A DNA stretch of 63,926 nt, counting the filler, from Octopus bimaculoides (lineage: Eukaryota): assembly GCF_001194135.2 (NCBI RefSeq). It is 8 parts of 8 records of this genome, joined end to end, with 100 filler letters (N's around TTAATTAATTAA, not from the genome) between each part and the next. Parts side by side here need not be neighbours in the genome. Positions count along the whole stretch, not along the records: positions 62,744 to 63,926 come from NC_068996.1; 7 more parts are not named here. One strand, written 5' to 3'. This document shows positions 63,735-63,926 of this stretch, one piece after another. Positions within the stretch are counted from its first letter, which is position 1, and each line of letters opens with the position of its first letter. The notes below the pieces were generated by a model that saw only the letters and a program-made list of their open reading frames with translations, did not search any database and was not told the origin of the DNA. Both the position numbers and the translations under genes were made by a program.

Positions 63735-63926
63735 GTATATACACACACGCACCCAAACACACGTATATATATATATATCAATATAAATATATGAAAGTCA
63801 ATGAAGTTTCGGAAAAGAAGGTGATCATGTACATACTTTCTTGCTGTTGTGATTATAACACCTCGTAAACAATGTTCCTTGTTTTCCCTTGTGGAGCATA
63901 TACAAATAGGTTTTTTTTGCTGCCCA

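Overview
AT-rich, microsatellite-laden, gap-ridden eukaryotic scaffold. It is most likely cephalopod (Octopus-like), inferred from the protocadherin type and the SINE families. One clear protein-coding gene: a plus-strand protocadherin with a putative 5'UTR exon ending at 48694 and a large coding exon from ATG 50724, cut by an assembly gap in EC4. Two more gene pieces are supported by splice signals: two in-phase 3'-terminal exons (47098-47126, 47291-47370, +) and the first coding exon of a secreted protein (45533-45242, -). The rest is repeats: R4/Dong-like and RTE LINE fragments, Penelope-like GIY-YIG fragments, three tRNA-derived SINE families, several long hairpin/MITE-like elements, a Helentron-like end and microsatellites. 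The most notable signal is a ~350-bp repeat combining inverted termini, a tRNA-like Pol III head and a minimal type I hammerhead ribozyme motif; pieces of it occur at 4 loci, including the Pcdh intron. A second, unrelated hammerhead-like motif with a variant core lies at 37094-37130. All assignments are by eye; no database search or folding was run.
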